Positions 10,622 to 20,955 are shown, counted from the first letter of the stretch. The stretch is DNA of 64,000 bases from an uncultured Prevotellaceae bacterium (GCA_900320845.1 ONTS01000010.1:3664-67663); one strand, 5' to 3'. A program made the numbers and translations. Notes: generated from the sequence alone by a model not told the origin.

Positions 10622-12199
10622 ATGAAGAAAATATCCTTACTTATTACATTATTGGGGATTGTCGCTATATGCAGAGCCCAAAAACAAATACCATTTCAGA
10701 TAAGCAATCCAAACAAATTAGCAGTATATTCTGGTTCCTTTAAAGGTGGAGAGGCCAAATATACATATCGCCAAGGAGAGAATAAAAGAATTTATGAGGG
10801 AGATTTTATATGGAGAGTTTTAGGAAGGTTTGGGAAGAATTCTATTTGCACAATCAAAGGTCAATTTATTAACGACAAGATGCATGGGAAGTGGATTGAA
10901 CACGAATCCAGTGCCCTCGTTCAGGGTACTAACACTGTCATCATACGCTATAATAGTGGAAATAAAGATGGTTTATCTGAATATGAATTTAACACTGAGC
11001 TTAGCCATATCAACATAAAATGTAATTATAAAAAAGGAGAACTCAATGGAGATTATTCCTGCTACGAAATGAATAGCTCAAGTTGGCCTGGAGTTAGAAC
11101 TCTTAATGGACAATTTATTTCGAATATACCAGTAGGTAATTGGACTTATAAAAAAGAGCATAATAAACAAAAAGTAGTAATCAATTATAACTTTAACAAT
11201 ATGACTTTTGAATCCTTTACTCTTAACAAAGAAACGGGAGATGAAAATAAAGAAAGTGGGAACTTAGATCCCATGAAAATAATGGATTTATTTAGGGGAG
11301 AAGGCATTTGTGATTTATTCCCGTTAACAATGAGAAATGCGGGTATGGGAAAGATATTTTTTTATTACGATGGTGGGTGTGTTTATGGTGAAGGTATTCC
11401 TTCTTTTAATTTCCTTAATGATTTTATTTCTACAAAGTGCTCTGATGAATTGTACGTAACAGAGGATTTGGAAGAATGGCGAAAACAAATGGACGATCGA
11501 AAGCATAGAAGTGCAATTAAGAGTAGCAATAATCACAAGCAAGAACAACTGGAAAATAAAGGCTGGGTAAAATTAAAAAGCATTGACAATAGTATTCAAT
11601 TTTCCAAAATTATAATGCCCCGTAGAAAAAGAGATTTTGATTATGGCAAACTATTTAAGGATGTTATACAATTCTCTGAAAAACCGAATAAGGAATTAGG
11701 TGAGAGCTACTATGGTGTAAATCTTCAAGATGGGAGCATCTACAATGGAAGTAAGAAACTCAAGATAAAGCAAAAAGAAATGATATCTACACATAATAAT
11801 ATGGTAGAATTTGATTTCGGCAAACCATTATACTTGTATCGTATAAGTAACAGGCCATTACGATCAATTGCAGAAACAGACCTATTTTTTAATAACATTT
11901 ATGTTCTCCCTATCAACACTGACAAAAAAGCAAATACAAATGAGGACATCATAAAACTTGAGGCAGCCGAATCGGAAACTAAAATGAGAACATACACTAA
12001 AGAAGAACTGTGGCATTTGTTTAATTCGGAATGGGATTTCGGAGGAATTTACTTTGAACGTGCTAATATAACAATAGTATTTGGATTACCTCAATCTAAA
12101 GAACAATTTATTGAGCGAATAAAGTCGCTATACATGTGGGGAAATAAAATTCAGAACGAAGATGGATATGTGAAAATACCAGACTTTTTAGTACACTAA
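10622..12199 (+). CDS. Secreted hypothetical protein with MORN-variant/YwqK-like beta repeats
   Basis: Signal peptide; repeated GQFINDKMHGKW, YNSGNKDGLSEY, YKKGELNGDY and GQFISNIPVGNW motifs; very AT-rich. Confidence 0.65.
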   Translation: MKKISLLITLLGIVAICRAQKQIPFQISNPNKLAVYSGSFKGGEAKYTYRQGENKRIYEGDFIWRVLGRFGKNSICTIKGQFINDKMHGKWIEHESSALVQGTNTVIIRYNSGNKDGLSEYEFNTELSHINIKCNYKKGELNGDYSCYEMNSSSWPGVRTLNGQFISNIPVGNWTYKKEHNKQKVVINYNFNNMTFESFTLNKETGDENKESGNLDPMKIMDLFRGEGICDLFPLTMRNAGMGKIFFYYDGGCVYGEGIPSFNFLNDFISTKCSDELYVTEDLEEWRKQMDDRKHRSAIKSSNNHKQEQLENKGWVKLKSIDNSIQFSKIIMPRRKRDFDYGKLFKDVIQFSEKPNKELGESYYGVNLQDGSIYNGSKKLKIKQKEMISTHNNMVEFDFGKPLYLYRISNRPLRSIAETDLFFNNIYVLPINTDKKANTNEDIIKLEAAESETKMRTYTKEELWHLFNSEWDFGGIYFERANITIVFGLPQSKEQFIERIKSLYMWGNKIQNEDGYVKIPDFLVH

Positions 12200-12202
12200 A
12201 AT

Positions 12203-13518
12203 CATTACTGTCCACTTAAAATCGCTAAGCGGTCTTTGAGATGATTGAAATATAGTTAGTTGCAGAGACTTTTCGAGTCAACGGATTTGATTTTGATTTT
12301 CAGCCGTTATATAATAAACAGACGGCATGAATCATTCAAAATACGTTTTCGCTCAATTGATTGATTTCCTTGACAGGAATCACTTCAATTATCTCGTCCG
12401 CAAGTATGGTGGCGACAAGTATGTCAAACATTTTAGCTGCTGGAACCAGCTACTGACACTGATGTTTGGTCAACTGGGAAACCGCGAGAGTCTGCGTGAC
12501 TTAATAACCATCATAGAGGCGCATCGTCAGAAATGCTATCATCTCGGACTTGGTAAGCAAGTGACCAGAAGTAATCTGAGCAAAGCCAATACAAACCGTG
12601 ACTATCAAATCTTCGAGGAGTATGCCTACTACCTTGTGGGTGAGGCCAGGCGTAAAATGGAAACGGACATCTTCAAGCTTGACGGCAACGTCTATGCTTT
12701 TGATTCCACGACAATCTCGCTATGCCTTGATGTATTCTGGTGGGCTAAGTTCCGCAAGCATAAGGGCGGTATCAAGATACATACCCTGTATGATTTGGAG
12801 ACTCAGATACCTACCTTCTTTCACATCACCACGGCATCAGTCCATGATTCCAAGGCGATGAAGGAAATCCCCTTAGAAGCAGGTGCTTACTACATCTTTG
12901 ACCGTGGTTACAACAACTTCAAGGAACTCTACCGGATACATCGTGCGGAGTCTTTCTTTGTTGTAAGAGCCAAGAACAACTTGCAGTACAAGTGTGTCAG
13001 ATGGAGGCGAAGGCTACCCAAGGACATCCTGACCGACGCTATGATAGAACTGACCGTTTATGGCAGTCAGAAAGGCTATCCGGAGCACCTCAGACTGGTG
13101 CGATTCTATGATGAGGAGCAAGATCGTGAGCTTATGTTCCTGACCAATGCTACGGAACTGACAGCCCATCAGGTTGCAGACCTCTATAAGAACCGTTGGC
13201 AGATAGAGCTTTTCTTCAAATGGCTCAAGCAGCATCTCAAAATCAAAAAATTTTTGGGTGCTACCGAAAACGCTGTCAGAATACAGATTTATTCTGCCAT
13301 CTATGCCTACTGTCTCGTCGCCATTGTGCAGCATGATATGCACGTGGAGAGAAGCACCTATGAGGTACTGCAAATCCTCAGCATGTCACTCACTGACACA
13401 ACGCATCTGAGAGATCTCTTTGACAAAACTATATTCAAAAATGACAAAGACCGAAGCGGTTCAAGTGAACCTAATTTATTTAATTTTTAACTCGTCCATT
13501 TTTTAGTGGACACTAATG
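12203..13518 (+). mobile_element. IS4-family insertion sequence
   Basis: Terminal inverted repeats CATTACTGTCCACTTAAAA and TTTTTAGTGGACACTAATG flank a transposase; only AT is shared by the two flanks. Confidence 0.9.
12327..13490 (+). CDS. IS4-family DDE transposase (DUF4372-type N-terminus)
   Basis: AFDSTTI, IFDRGY and the YREK-type motif LYKNRWQIELFFKWLKQ. Confidence 0.95.
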   Translation: MNHSKYVFAQLIDFLDRNHFNYLVRKYGGDKYVKHFSCWNQLLTLMFGQLGNRESLRDLITIIEAHRQKCYHLGLGKQVTRSNLSKANTNRDYQIFEEYAYYLVGEARRKMETDIFKLDGNVYAFDSTTISLCLDVFWWAKFRKHKGGIKIHTLYDLETQIPTFFHITTASVHDSKAMKEIPLEAGAYYIFDRGYNNFKELYRIHRAESFFVVRAKNNLQYKCVRWRRRLPKDILTDAMIELTVYGSQKGYPEHLRLVRFYDEEQDRELMFLTNATELTAHQVADLYKNRWQIELFFKWLKQHLKIKKFLGATENAVRIQIYSAIYAYCLVAIVQHDMHVERSTYEVLQILSMSLTDTTHLRDLFDKTIFKNDKDRSGSSEPNLFNF

Positions 13519-14339
13519 ATCCTTTAAATAAACCTTGGTTAGAACTGTATCGGGAAGATACAGTTCCCTGAAATAAATAGATTCACCACCGCTCTTTTCT
13601 CGACGCTTCTCATCATTAACCATTTGCACCATATCATCTATGTTTATATCCAGTATTTTAGCCTCTTTGAGTTGGTCGAGCATGAACAAAACCTCTGAAC
13701 TTGGTCGTTGCGAAGGAATAATAACACGAACCTCTTCTTCTCGATAATATTTCTTTTCTTTTATTCTTGGAGCAACATAGCCAAGCAAATACATCGCAAT
13801 AAGTTTCACAAAAACTTGTGGATAATCCTTTAATAGTCCAAAGGCAAATTCTTTTTTAGGCCCAGTAAGCATACCGAATGCACCATTAAAATACTCAGTT
13901 TCTATCTCCTTAAACAATTCTTTATCTGATACTCTGCCTTTATATATACACGGTTTAAGCATAATCATGTGTGGCATACTCTCAAATGAGACTTCCTTTG
14001 TTTGTCGAGTTCTAAAACCACACCATGTCCATGGTCTGCGTAATTCTCCCACATATGATCATTGTCACATCGCTTTGTTAATGATATGACATAAGGCATG
14101 GGCAACATTATATTCTCTTTTATGCTATTCCAATCAAAGGAAGAAGCGACTCGTCTATCGGACTGCAATTTGTTCTCTACCTTAGGCAAAAGTGCTTTAA
14201 TGGTTTCAACACCTATTTTATATTCTTCCTTATCTCCAAAACAATCATATCTTGAAGCCCAAAAACATAATCCCTTTTCAGAAGGAGATTCTCTTAATAT
14301 GCCTTCTAAAGCTTGTACTGATGTGTAGTGATATAACAT
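13513..14339 (-). pseudogene. DUF2971-like protein, frameshifted near 14000, with its stop codon supplied by the IS4 inverted repeat
   Basis: LYHYTS...DKEEY...SLTKRCDNDHMWENYADHGHGVVLE, then in another frame KPCIY...KEKKYYREEEVRVI. Adding one A in GACAAACAAAG joins the frames. Confidence 0.75.
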
Positions 14340-14354
14340 ACAAATATTGAATAG

Positions 14355-15047
14355 TCAATTTGAATTTCTAATTTTCGCAATCAGTTTTTTAAAATTGTAG
14401 TTTATTACATCTTCTGACATTGCCAGATTGATAAGTGTTTTACTAATGTTTGCTTTGTTATTGTATGGAGCATCTGATTCTGTAAGGATTCTGTCTCGTG
14501 GAATTCTATCAATAATATTTTGGCCATTCTTTGATACAGTCATGGCTTCATTGACAGAAAAATAGTAACCTTTGGCAATGATGGAAGGTATTAAGTCAAT
14601 GGGGCCAGAATACCAGTGGAAAATTACATTATTAATGTTGTACTCACACAAAAGATTGAACAGTTCCTTTTCGGCCTTCCTTGAATGAACGCTGATGATT
14701 TTCTTCTTGCCTTCTAACTTTTCCAGTAACTTTCTCAATATGGTAACTTGATCATCCCTTGTTGGTAATCCTTCTTTTGAGAAATCCAGTCCGATTTCTC
14801 CTATATAGGATGTTTGGTCAAGAAGACGATTAAACAATGGCAACTCGTTCTTATTTTCCGATGCCAACAAAGGGTGCAGTCCCAAAGCTAATCGGATATG
14901 TTTATATCCTTTCACGTGCGGGAACCCCATCTTAAAATGCGATGGCAGATTAGTCATGCCAATCACAATATCCCCGGCTTGTTCTCGTTGCCTCAAAAAC
15001 GCCTCGGGATGGGGTATCATGTCAAAATGGCAATGTGTATCTATCAT
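14355..15047 (-). CDS. qatD: QatD, TatD-family nuclease
   Basis: IDTHCH, GLHP, IGEIGLDF, HSR, HWYSG and ESDAP motifs; 4-nt overlap with qatC. Confidence 0.92.
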   Translation of the reverse strand: MIDTHCHFDMIPHPEAFLRQREQAGDIVIGMTNLPSHFKMGFPHVKGYKHIRLALGLHPLLASENKNELPLFNRLLDQTSYIGEIGLDFSKEGLPTRDDQVTILRKLLEKLEGKKKIISVHSRKAEKELFNLLCEYNINNVIFHWYSGPIDLIPSIIAKGYYFSVNEAMTVSKNGQNIIDRIPRDRILTESDAPYNNKANISKTLINLAMSEDVINYNFKKLIAKIRNSN

Positions 15048-16432
15048 ATTCCTGCTCGTTGCCTTATATCCGCATTGGCATTTGTCCGAATCCAGTCTTT
15101 TACTTGGTCATACGAATGTATTACAAAGTCCGTATAAGCCTCCACCTCTGCTTTTCCTGTAATACCATTGGCAATCAGTTCCGTTTCTATAACCTTTCGT
15201 CTGCAACGATTCCTCAAAAAGTAGAGAAGTGATTTGAAGTCTCGGTTTCGTTTGATATCCGAACGGGTAATCTGAATCTCTGCTGGAGTAAATACGTCCA
15301 GCCCATACTGTTCATTTCTCAACTCATCTACACCTGACAAGGACACTCTTCTATACATGCAAGGCAAACAAGCCCCACAGTGCAGCACGTTCCTCCGATT
15401 CCAATAACGTTTATGGGAACGCTTGGCACAAGAGCACGACTCAGAGCATAAAAGCACTAACGCTCTCTTACGTGCTGCATCCTGGCAGCAATCATAAACC
15501 ATATCCTTTTTTGATTTCAGCTGATAGGGATTCTCTAATGTGTTCTGTATTCCAATGGAATTCAAAGCTGATTGTAATCTACGCAAGAACACCGGGTGCG
15601 TTGTCCTAGTACTACAGGCGCTTCTTCTACCCTTATCTAATGGTATATTCAACGAAATGGTTCCGTTCTCAGGAATCATCAAAGACTTATTAGGGGAGAT
15701 TGCACTCGCACAATAAATCCCTGCCGCAAAAAATAGTATCGATCTTGCACGGAACGTTGCTTCGGTTTCCAACGTATTTCCTCTATGCAGTTTTAGTCCT
15801 GCACTGATAAATGCTCTATCATATTGACCATTAAACAACCCGTTGTGCTCGCATCGTCTTAGGATTCTTGTTTGGTCTTTGCCTTCTTTGCCAAGTTCAG
15901 CATGTGAGATTAGCAGCACTTTCTTGCCAGCCGGCAACTGTACACAACCATCTATAAACCCAATCAAAGAATCTAATCCACCAGAGAATAGCGACACTCT
16001 ATCATAGTCCTGAAGATTCTCAAACTGTATGCGAGGTGGTGCATAGTTATAAGGAGCTGCTTGAACAAACTCAAAATTCCATATATCCCCAGTCAAAAAA
16101 TCAACTGCACTACGGAAGCTCTCCAATCCTCTTTCCATCGCAGCGACATTCACTACCGGCACTCTCAAATGGATGTTCCTTTTCCATCCCTCTTCCGAAT
16201 ACTTAGCACGGCTCACAGCCCTGTCTGCATTGTAAACCGACATCGCAAACACAAGAAAGTCAAATGCCACTGATGATGTATCGCGGGCAATACGCCACAA
16301 ATCATCAAAATTGAATTTCAATTCAACGTCCTGTGTCTGACTGGCATTGTCCGTAAGCGAAAGGCTATACTGCCCAAACTTTGCGGGATCTGCACTATGC
16401 TGATAACTGATATTTACCTCTACTACTGCCAT
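15044..16432 (-). CDS. qatC: QatC, QueC-like protein
   Basis: PP-loop SLFSGGLDS, PENG, STRTTHP, and Zn-binding SCAK...HCGACLPCMYRR. Confidence 0.92.
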   Translation of the reverse strand: MAVVEVNISYQHSADPAKFGQYSLSLTDNASQTQDVELKFNFDDLWRIARDTSSVAFDFLVFAMSVYNADRAVSRAKYSEEGWKRNIHLRVPVVNVAAMERGLESFRSAVDFLTGDIWNFEFVQAAPYNYAPPRIQFENLQDYDRVSLFSGGLDSLIGFIDGCVQLPAGKKVLLISHAELGKEGKDQTRILRRCEHNGLFNGQYDRAFISAGLKLHRGNTLETEATFRARSILFFAAGIYCASAISPNKSLMIPENGTISLNIPLDKGRRSACSTRTTHPVFLRRLQSALNSIGIQNTLENPYQLKSKKDMVYDCCQDAARKRALVLLCSESCSCAKRSHKRYWNRRNVLHCGACLPCMYRRVSLSGVDELRNEQYGLDVFTPAEIQITRSDIKRNRDFKSLLYFLRNRCRRKVIETELIANGITGKAEVEAYTDFVIHSYDQVKDWIRTNANADIRQRAGI

Positions 16433-17145
16433 ATATCCAGGATTCTTGCGGTTAACGTATCAATATAGGCTTTCCCTTCTGGAGAGAAAACATTAATGTG
16501 GTGCATCTCATCAGCCAAACGATTATCCAGTTCCGAACGCAGCCACTGTTTTATCTCATTACATACAGTCTCCGGGGTAGCATTCTTATCAAAAATGTGG
16601 CTTTGGAAGAGGCCTCCCATATATTCCATGATATACTCAACCTCAAAATCAAGTATCCAACCGTCAATTGTATCTTCGTCAGCTTGCTGAAGCAGTGTCT
16701 CAATATCTGCCAGGCTGTCGCATTGTTCAAAAATCATGGAGAGCAGTTTCTCTTGTGCTTCCACTGCGGCTTCATCATCGTGTAGAGCATCCGAATCTGC
16801 TGAAGTCAGTCCACATATGACTCTTATCAACTCTCTGGGAGTCTGAGGCTGCTCTTCCAGTGGCAGTCCTAAGCTGTCGATAGCACCGCCAATGCCTAAA
16901 GACCTGACATCCGAAATGAATTGAACGACATTTCCCAAGGCACGAGAACCAGCCTGGCCAAACGAGCCACCACCGCCTCTGTTGCCTCCTCTGTACAAGC
17001 CGTCACCGACAGCTGTTCCAAAAGCAGTCATCAGTCGTGATTGCTTTTGTGCATTGCCATGATCCTTAATTACACTAGTCATAGCTTTCTTGGCCGCTGA
17101 CCATTGGGGCGTTGTCTTAAGCGAATGTGATTGTGATGTTCCCAT
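16423..17145 (-). CDS. qatB: QatB
   Basis: N-terminal MGTS, Gly-rich segment, position between the KAP NTPase and the QueC-like gene. Confidence 0.85.
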   Translation of the reverse strand: MGTSQSHSLKTTPQWSAAKKAMTSVIKDHGNAQKQSRLMTAFGTAVGDGLYRGGNRGGGGSFGQAGSRALGNVVQFISDVRSLGIGGAIDSLGLPLEEQPQTPRELIRVICGLTSADSDALHDDEAAVEAQEKLLSMIFEQCDSLADIETLLQQADEDTIDGWILDFEVEYIMEYMGGLFQSHIFDKNATPETVCNEIKQWLRSELDNRLADEMHHINVFSPEGKAYIDTLTARILDIWQ

Positions 17146-18941
17146 TATTTCAAAGCATTTTTAAGACTTGTACCTTTTTCCATATCTTCGACATACTTTT
17201 TACAGTCTGCCTTTCCTTTCATTCTTTTCAGAAACTGTGCGTATGTGGCTGGTAGTTTTGATGTTTCAATGCCTTCAAACAGCATTTTTAACAGAGAGAG
17301 TGATGAAACCATCTCGCAATTCTCGTCAGCATTCAAGAATCGGGTTATTACTCCAGAATTGATATCCTCGGCAAGTTCCTGATGCAATAGCATAACCATC
17401 ATATCCTTCTCTTCTCTGGTGAAGTTTCTTATTTCACCAACAAGAGCACTCTTCATGGCTTTCACGGTCTGATTTTTCTTTAGTCGAATGTATGCAGCTC
17501 TCACGATGTTCGACACCTTGTTTTCCACAGGGGTTTCCACCTTCAAAGCCTCTCGTGAAATCCAAAAATAATCCTGTAAGTTCACATTGGCAAGTGATGG
17601 GGGAGCAGCCAACCACAACATGGCTTCTGGTTTATTCCATAGTGTTGTCCAACTCTCGCTTGTCAATCTTCCCGCCTTTGATAGTTTCTCCACATCAGCC
17701 ATATCACCCACAACCCCATTGCTTTTCTGACGACTATATAAGTCATCAATGTTCTCTCTAAGCACGCTGTTATATTCCAGAACCATGAGTTTCACAAGCA
17801 CTTCTGGCTTAATACCCTCAAAACCTGCAACCTTAGCCATCCTCATACGCATATCGAATGTATTGAGGAATCTCTTCAATTGTCGGGGATTGCCGTTCAG
17901 GAACTTTGTCATGATGGGCAAAATAGGCAACAAGCCTTCAACTTCGCCAAAGTCCAACTTCTTGTTGTCTTGACGAATGCTAGTTAAATTATACTTGGAA
18001 TGCTTATCCTTCTTTCTGAAATCAAGAAACTTCTGGTGTATGGTCTTGAATTGAATTTCATCTTCTATTTTGCTGCATAGCAACAGCGTTATATAGGTTT
18101 CTTGTTCTGAATATGACAAACGTGGTATTCTGTATGGTAACTGAATTAGCTTCTCCATATAATCAGAATACGGGCTGGAAATCGTCTTCTTCTCTATTTT
18201 GTGATTGTAACGTTCCTCAATAGCATGTTCTATGATTCTTTCATCTGCTCCAATCACGAACGCAGTCCGTTTTACATTCACGAACAGTTTTACGACTTCA
18301 AGACACTGGATAATCCTTGAAGGTTCACATCTGTCAAGATCATCAATATAGACAATTACGGAGCGATAATCTGCACCAACCACTATTTTCTCGAAATCCT
18401 CTCTGAATCGCTCTATAAACTTTGTAGCATTCCCTTTGCTCACTTCCTCTATCAGCAACTTCGCGTCGTCATCGGTAAGTTTCTTTTTCCATTCTTCCTT
18501 TGTGGGCAGAAGTTTAAGTAGTTCTTCGGGTACAACCTGCTGTCCGATCTTCTTCAAAAAGAACACACCAAACTTCAAGAATTTGATTTTCTTCAAGAAG
18601 TCAACTCCGTTTTTAATGACGCCTTGCTTCTTCTTTAGGTCTTTTTCTATCGCTGTCAGTACGGTTTCTATCAGTGTGAGCTTAGTGTCTTCATAGTTTT
18701 CAAACTGCCAACTGTTAAACTGTATCTGAGCAACTTTTTCCTTTTTATTGGCTTCTTCTTTCATCCATTGGTCAATGCCCTCTTTCATCAAGAGCATCAG
18801 ACTGCTCTTCCCTGAACCCCAATCACCGAATATTCCTATGGTAATTGGGAGCATGGTTGAATCAAGAACCACCTCTTTCAGAAGGTCTGCATGAACTTGA
18901 TAGCCCAACAGGTCTTCATTTGTCTCATTATCTGCCCACAT
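17145..18941 (-). CDS. qatA: QatA, KAP-family P-loop NTPase
   Basis: MWADNET start, Walker A GDWGSGKS, Walker B YIDDLDRC, YMEKLIQLP, NPRQLKRFLN. Confidence 0.92.
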   Translation of the reverse strand: MWADNETNEDLLGYQVHADLLKEVVLDSTMLPITIGIFGDWGSGKSSLMLLMKEGIDQWMKEEANKKEKVAQIQFNSWQFENYEDTKLTLIETVLTAIEKDLKKKQGVIKNGVDFLKKIKFLKFGVFFLKKIGQQVVPEELLKLLPTKEEWKKKLTDDDAKLLIEEVSKGNATKFIERFREDFEKIVVGADYRSVIVYIDDLDRCEPSRIIQCLEVVKLFVNVKRTAFVIGADERIIEHAIEERYNHKIEKKTISSPYSDYMEKLIQLPYRIPRLSYSEQETYITLLLCSKIEDEIQFKTIHQKFLDFRKKDKHSKYNLTSIRQDNKKLDFGEVEGLLPILPIMTKFLNGNPRQLKRFLNTFDMRMRMAKVAGFEGIKPEVLVKLMVLEYNSVLRENIDDLYSRQKSNGVVGDMADVEKLSKAGRLTSESWTTLWNKPEAMLWLAAPPSLANVNLQDYFWISREALKVETPVENKVSNIVRAAYIRLKKNQTVKAMKSALVGEIRNFTREEKDMMVMLLHQELAEDINSGVITRFLNADENCEMVSSLSLLKMLFEGIETSKLPATYAQFLKRMKGKADCKKYVEDMEKGTSLKNALK

Positions 18942-18956
18942 ATCTTCTATCCTCCT

Positions 18957-19655
18957 TTATTTCTTTATTAACAATAATTCCGGGTGCTCAAGTTCCTCCA
19001 CTAACTTGTCAACCATCGTGCAAGGCTTATGGGTTGCATAGTCGGTGCCAGTGTATAATGCACGTAGCTGCTTGGCAAAGCGCTTGGCCAGATCCTCGCG
19101 GCCATACTGCTGGAGTAGGCTGTATATATCAGGGTTGCCTTTCCGATACTTAAAAGTCTCGTCACCCATTCTGTTTCTAAAAGATTCTTCGAGTTTCTCA
19201 ATATAGGCAGAGCGGCTGATGCCTGTATCAAGGTATTCAAAGTGCAGGTAGTACCATAGTTCAAAGGCTTCGTTCGTCCAAGCACTGTGGAAGCCCAACT
19301 TATGGGCTTTTTTGATGGCTTCGTTGAAGTCTTCAAAGTCATCCTTATCAAAAACGACCCACACGCGGTCAAAAGACATTGCGTTTTTGCGCTCCAGTTC
19401 CTGCTTTATTTCTAAAGTCCTGCCAACCAAAGCAACCGTTGCCCTGCCTTCGCCTTCAATCGTTACCTCACGAACAGTTGAGATATAGTTCTTGATTAGA
19501 GCCTCAAAGTAGTGCGGCTCGGTCTTAGTGCCTTCACACACTATCAGAAAACGCACGAGCTTCTCACGAATGTTCTCCTTGCGTTTCTTTGCAGCCTTAG
19601 CTTCTTTACGTTCCCGTCTTAGCTTCGCGATTTCTTCTTTTCTCGAATATCCCAT
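18957..19655 (-). CDS. rloB: RloB-family protein (AbiLii-like)
   Basis: LIVCEGTKTEPHYF, VWVVFDKD, NEAFELWYYLHF. Confidence 0.9.
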   Translation of the reverse strand: MGYSRKEEIAKLRRERKEAKAAKKRKENIREKLVRFLIVCEGTKTEPHYFEALIKNYISTVREVTIEGEGRATVALVGRTLEIKQELERKNAMSFDRVWVVFDKDDFEDFNEAIKKAHKLGFHSAWTNEAFELWYYLHFEYLDTGISRSAYIEKLEESFRNRMGDETFKYRKGNPDIYSLLQQYGREDLAKRFAKQLRALYTGTDYATHKPCTMVDKLVEELEHPELLLIKK

Positions 19656-19664
19656 AGCTGCACT

Positions 19665-20930
19665 CTATTTTCCAATGAAAGGTATAGCACCATAACGTCC
19701 ACGAATATAGTCACGCTTGATGTCACGGTCATTGCGCACTTTCTTCCCGTCCTCATCCTTGAATTCCACAAGCGAATAGATGTCGGTTGACTCCACCTTG
19801 TTCTTCTCTGCAAACCATATCTGGTCACGGCGAATGATGTCCAAATCGAGAAGGTTGGTGTCATGTGTAGCGAAAATCAGCTGTGCTCCATGCCTGTTCT
19901 TCTCTGGATCCATAAACAAGAGAACGATATTGCGAGTAAGAAGCGGGTGCAATATTGCATCCAGTTCATCCACGATCAGCGTCTTGCCCTCATTCAACGT
20001 ATCGAAAATAGGCCCGGAAATCTCTATCACTTTCTTTGTCCCCTCTGACTCCATCTGGTTCTTGTGGAAATTACGCTCACCAATCACAAATCCATTCTCA
20101 TCATAGACATTATGAGTAGTTATCGGTTCGATAAAACTACCAGTGGCTATGTCTTTTTCCAATTGTGACCTTATCGACTTGGGGGCACTATCCAAAGCCT
20201 CTTTGGGAATATCGACCTTCTTGACCGAGAAACGAGTAAAGCCCAGTTGCAGGGTCTTGAAAAACTCTTGAGCTTGGTCTGCTCCATTCAAATGTTCCAA
20301 AAACATTCTGAGCGTAAAGGCTTCGTAACCTTCGCTGTCGATTCCTGATAGTACATTGCATTCACCAAACCAGCCCATTATCGAATTGGACTTTTCGCCC
20401 TTTAGCTGAGCAACAAGTGACAGGAAGAGACGATTCGAGTTGGTCAAATCCTCTTTTCCTTGACCTTCAGGGAATCTTTTCGCTGACACTTCAATGATGT
20501 CTCTCGAGCGCATAAAAAGTTCGTACTCTTTCTCGCCAAACCGCTTCTCATAAAGCCACTCTGAGATGATGTCGGTTTTGTCGTATTCAAAACCATAGCG
20601 ATAAAGTACCTCATCTTTTATAAACTGTATCTCAAACAACGTAGGTTTCGAGTCCGAGTTGTCATCCAATGCAAAAGGATCATAAGGTAGCGCATCTCCT
20701 TCATTTAGGCGCACAGAGCGCCTAACCATACTACGCATTGTAGATATGGCTTGAATGAGATTACTCTTGCCACCAGAATTCGCACCATAAAAAACTGCCA
20801 GCGGAAGTAAACTATACTTACCCTTGTTAATGACAGAGTCTTTATGTTCCTTAATGGAACTTGCCTCCAAGCTGAACGTACGTTCCTGTTTGAAGGATCG
20901 ATAGTTCTTGACCGTAAAATTTGTAAGCAT
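19665..20930 (-). CDS. AAA_21 ABC-type ATPase (RloA/AbiLi-like)
   Basis: FTVKNYRSF, Walker A GANSGGKS, ESEGTKK, Walker B VDELDAILHP, FATHD, YIRGRYGAIP. Confidence 0.9.
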   Translation of the reverse strand: MLTNFTVKNYRSFKQERTFSLEASSIKEHKDSVINKGKYSLLPLAVFYGANSGGKSNLIQAISTMRSMVRRSVRLNEGDALPYDPFALDDNSDSKPTLFEIQFIKDEVLYRYGFEYDKTDIISEWLYEKRFGEKEYELFMRSRDIIEVSAKRFPEGQGKEDLTNSNRLFLSLVAQLKGEKSNSIMGWFGECNVLSGIDSEGYEAFTLRMFLEHLNGADQAQEFFKTLQLGFTRFSVKKVDIPKEALDSAPKSIRSQLEKDIATGSFIEPITTHNVYDENGFVIGERNFHKNQMESEGTKKVIEISGPIFDTLNEGKTLIVDELDAILHPLLTRNIVLLFMDPEKNRHGAQLIFATHDTNLLDLDIIRRDQIWFAEKNKVESTDIYSLVEFKDEDGKKVRNDRDIKRDYIRGRYGAIPFIGK

Positions 20931-20947
20931 ATCTCAATATTTTTGTG

Positions 20948-20955
20948 CAAAGATA
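20948..20955 (-). promoter_or_regulatory. Bacteroidota -7 box for the defence operon
   Basis: TATCTTTG on the minus strand, 17 nt upstream of the ATPase start codon. Confidence 0.6.
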
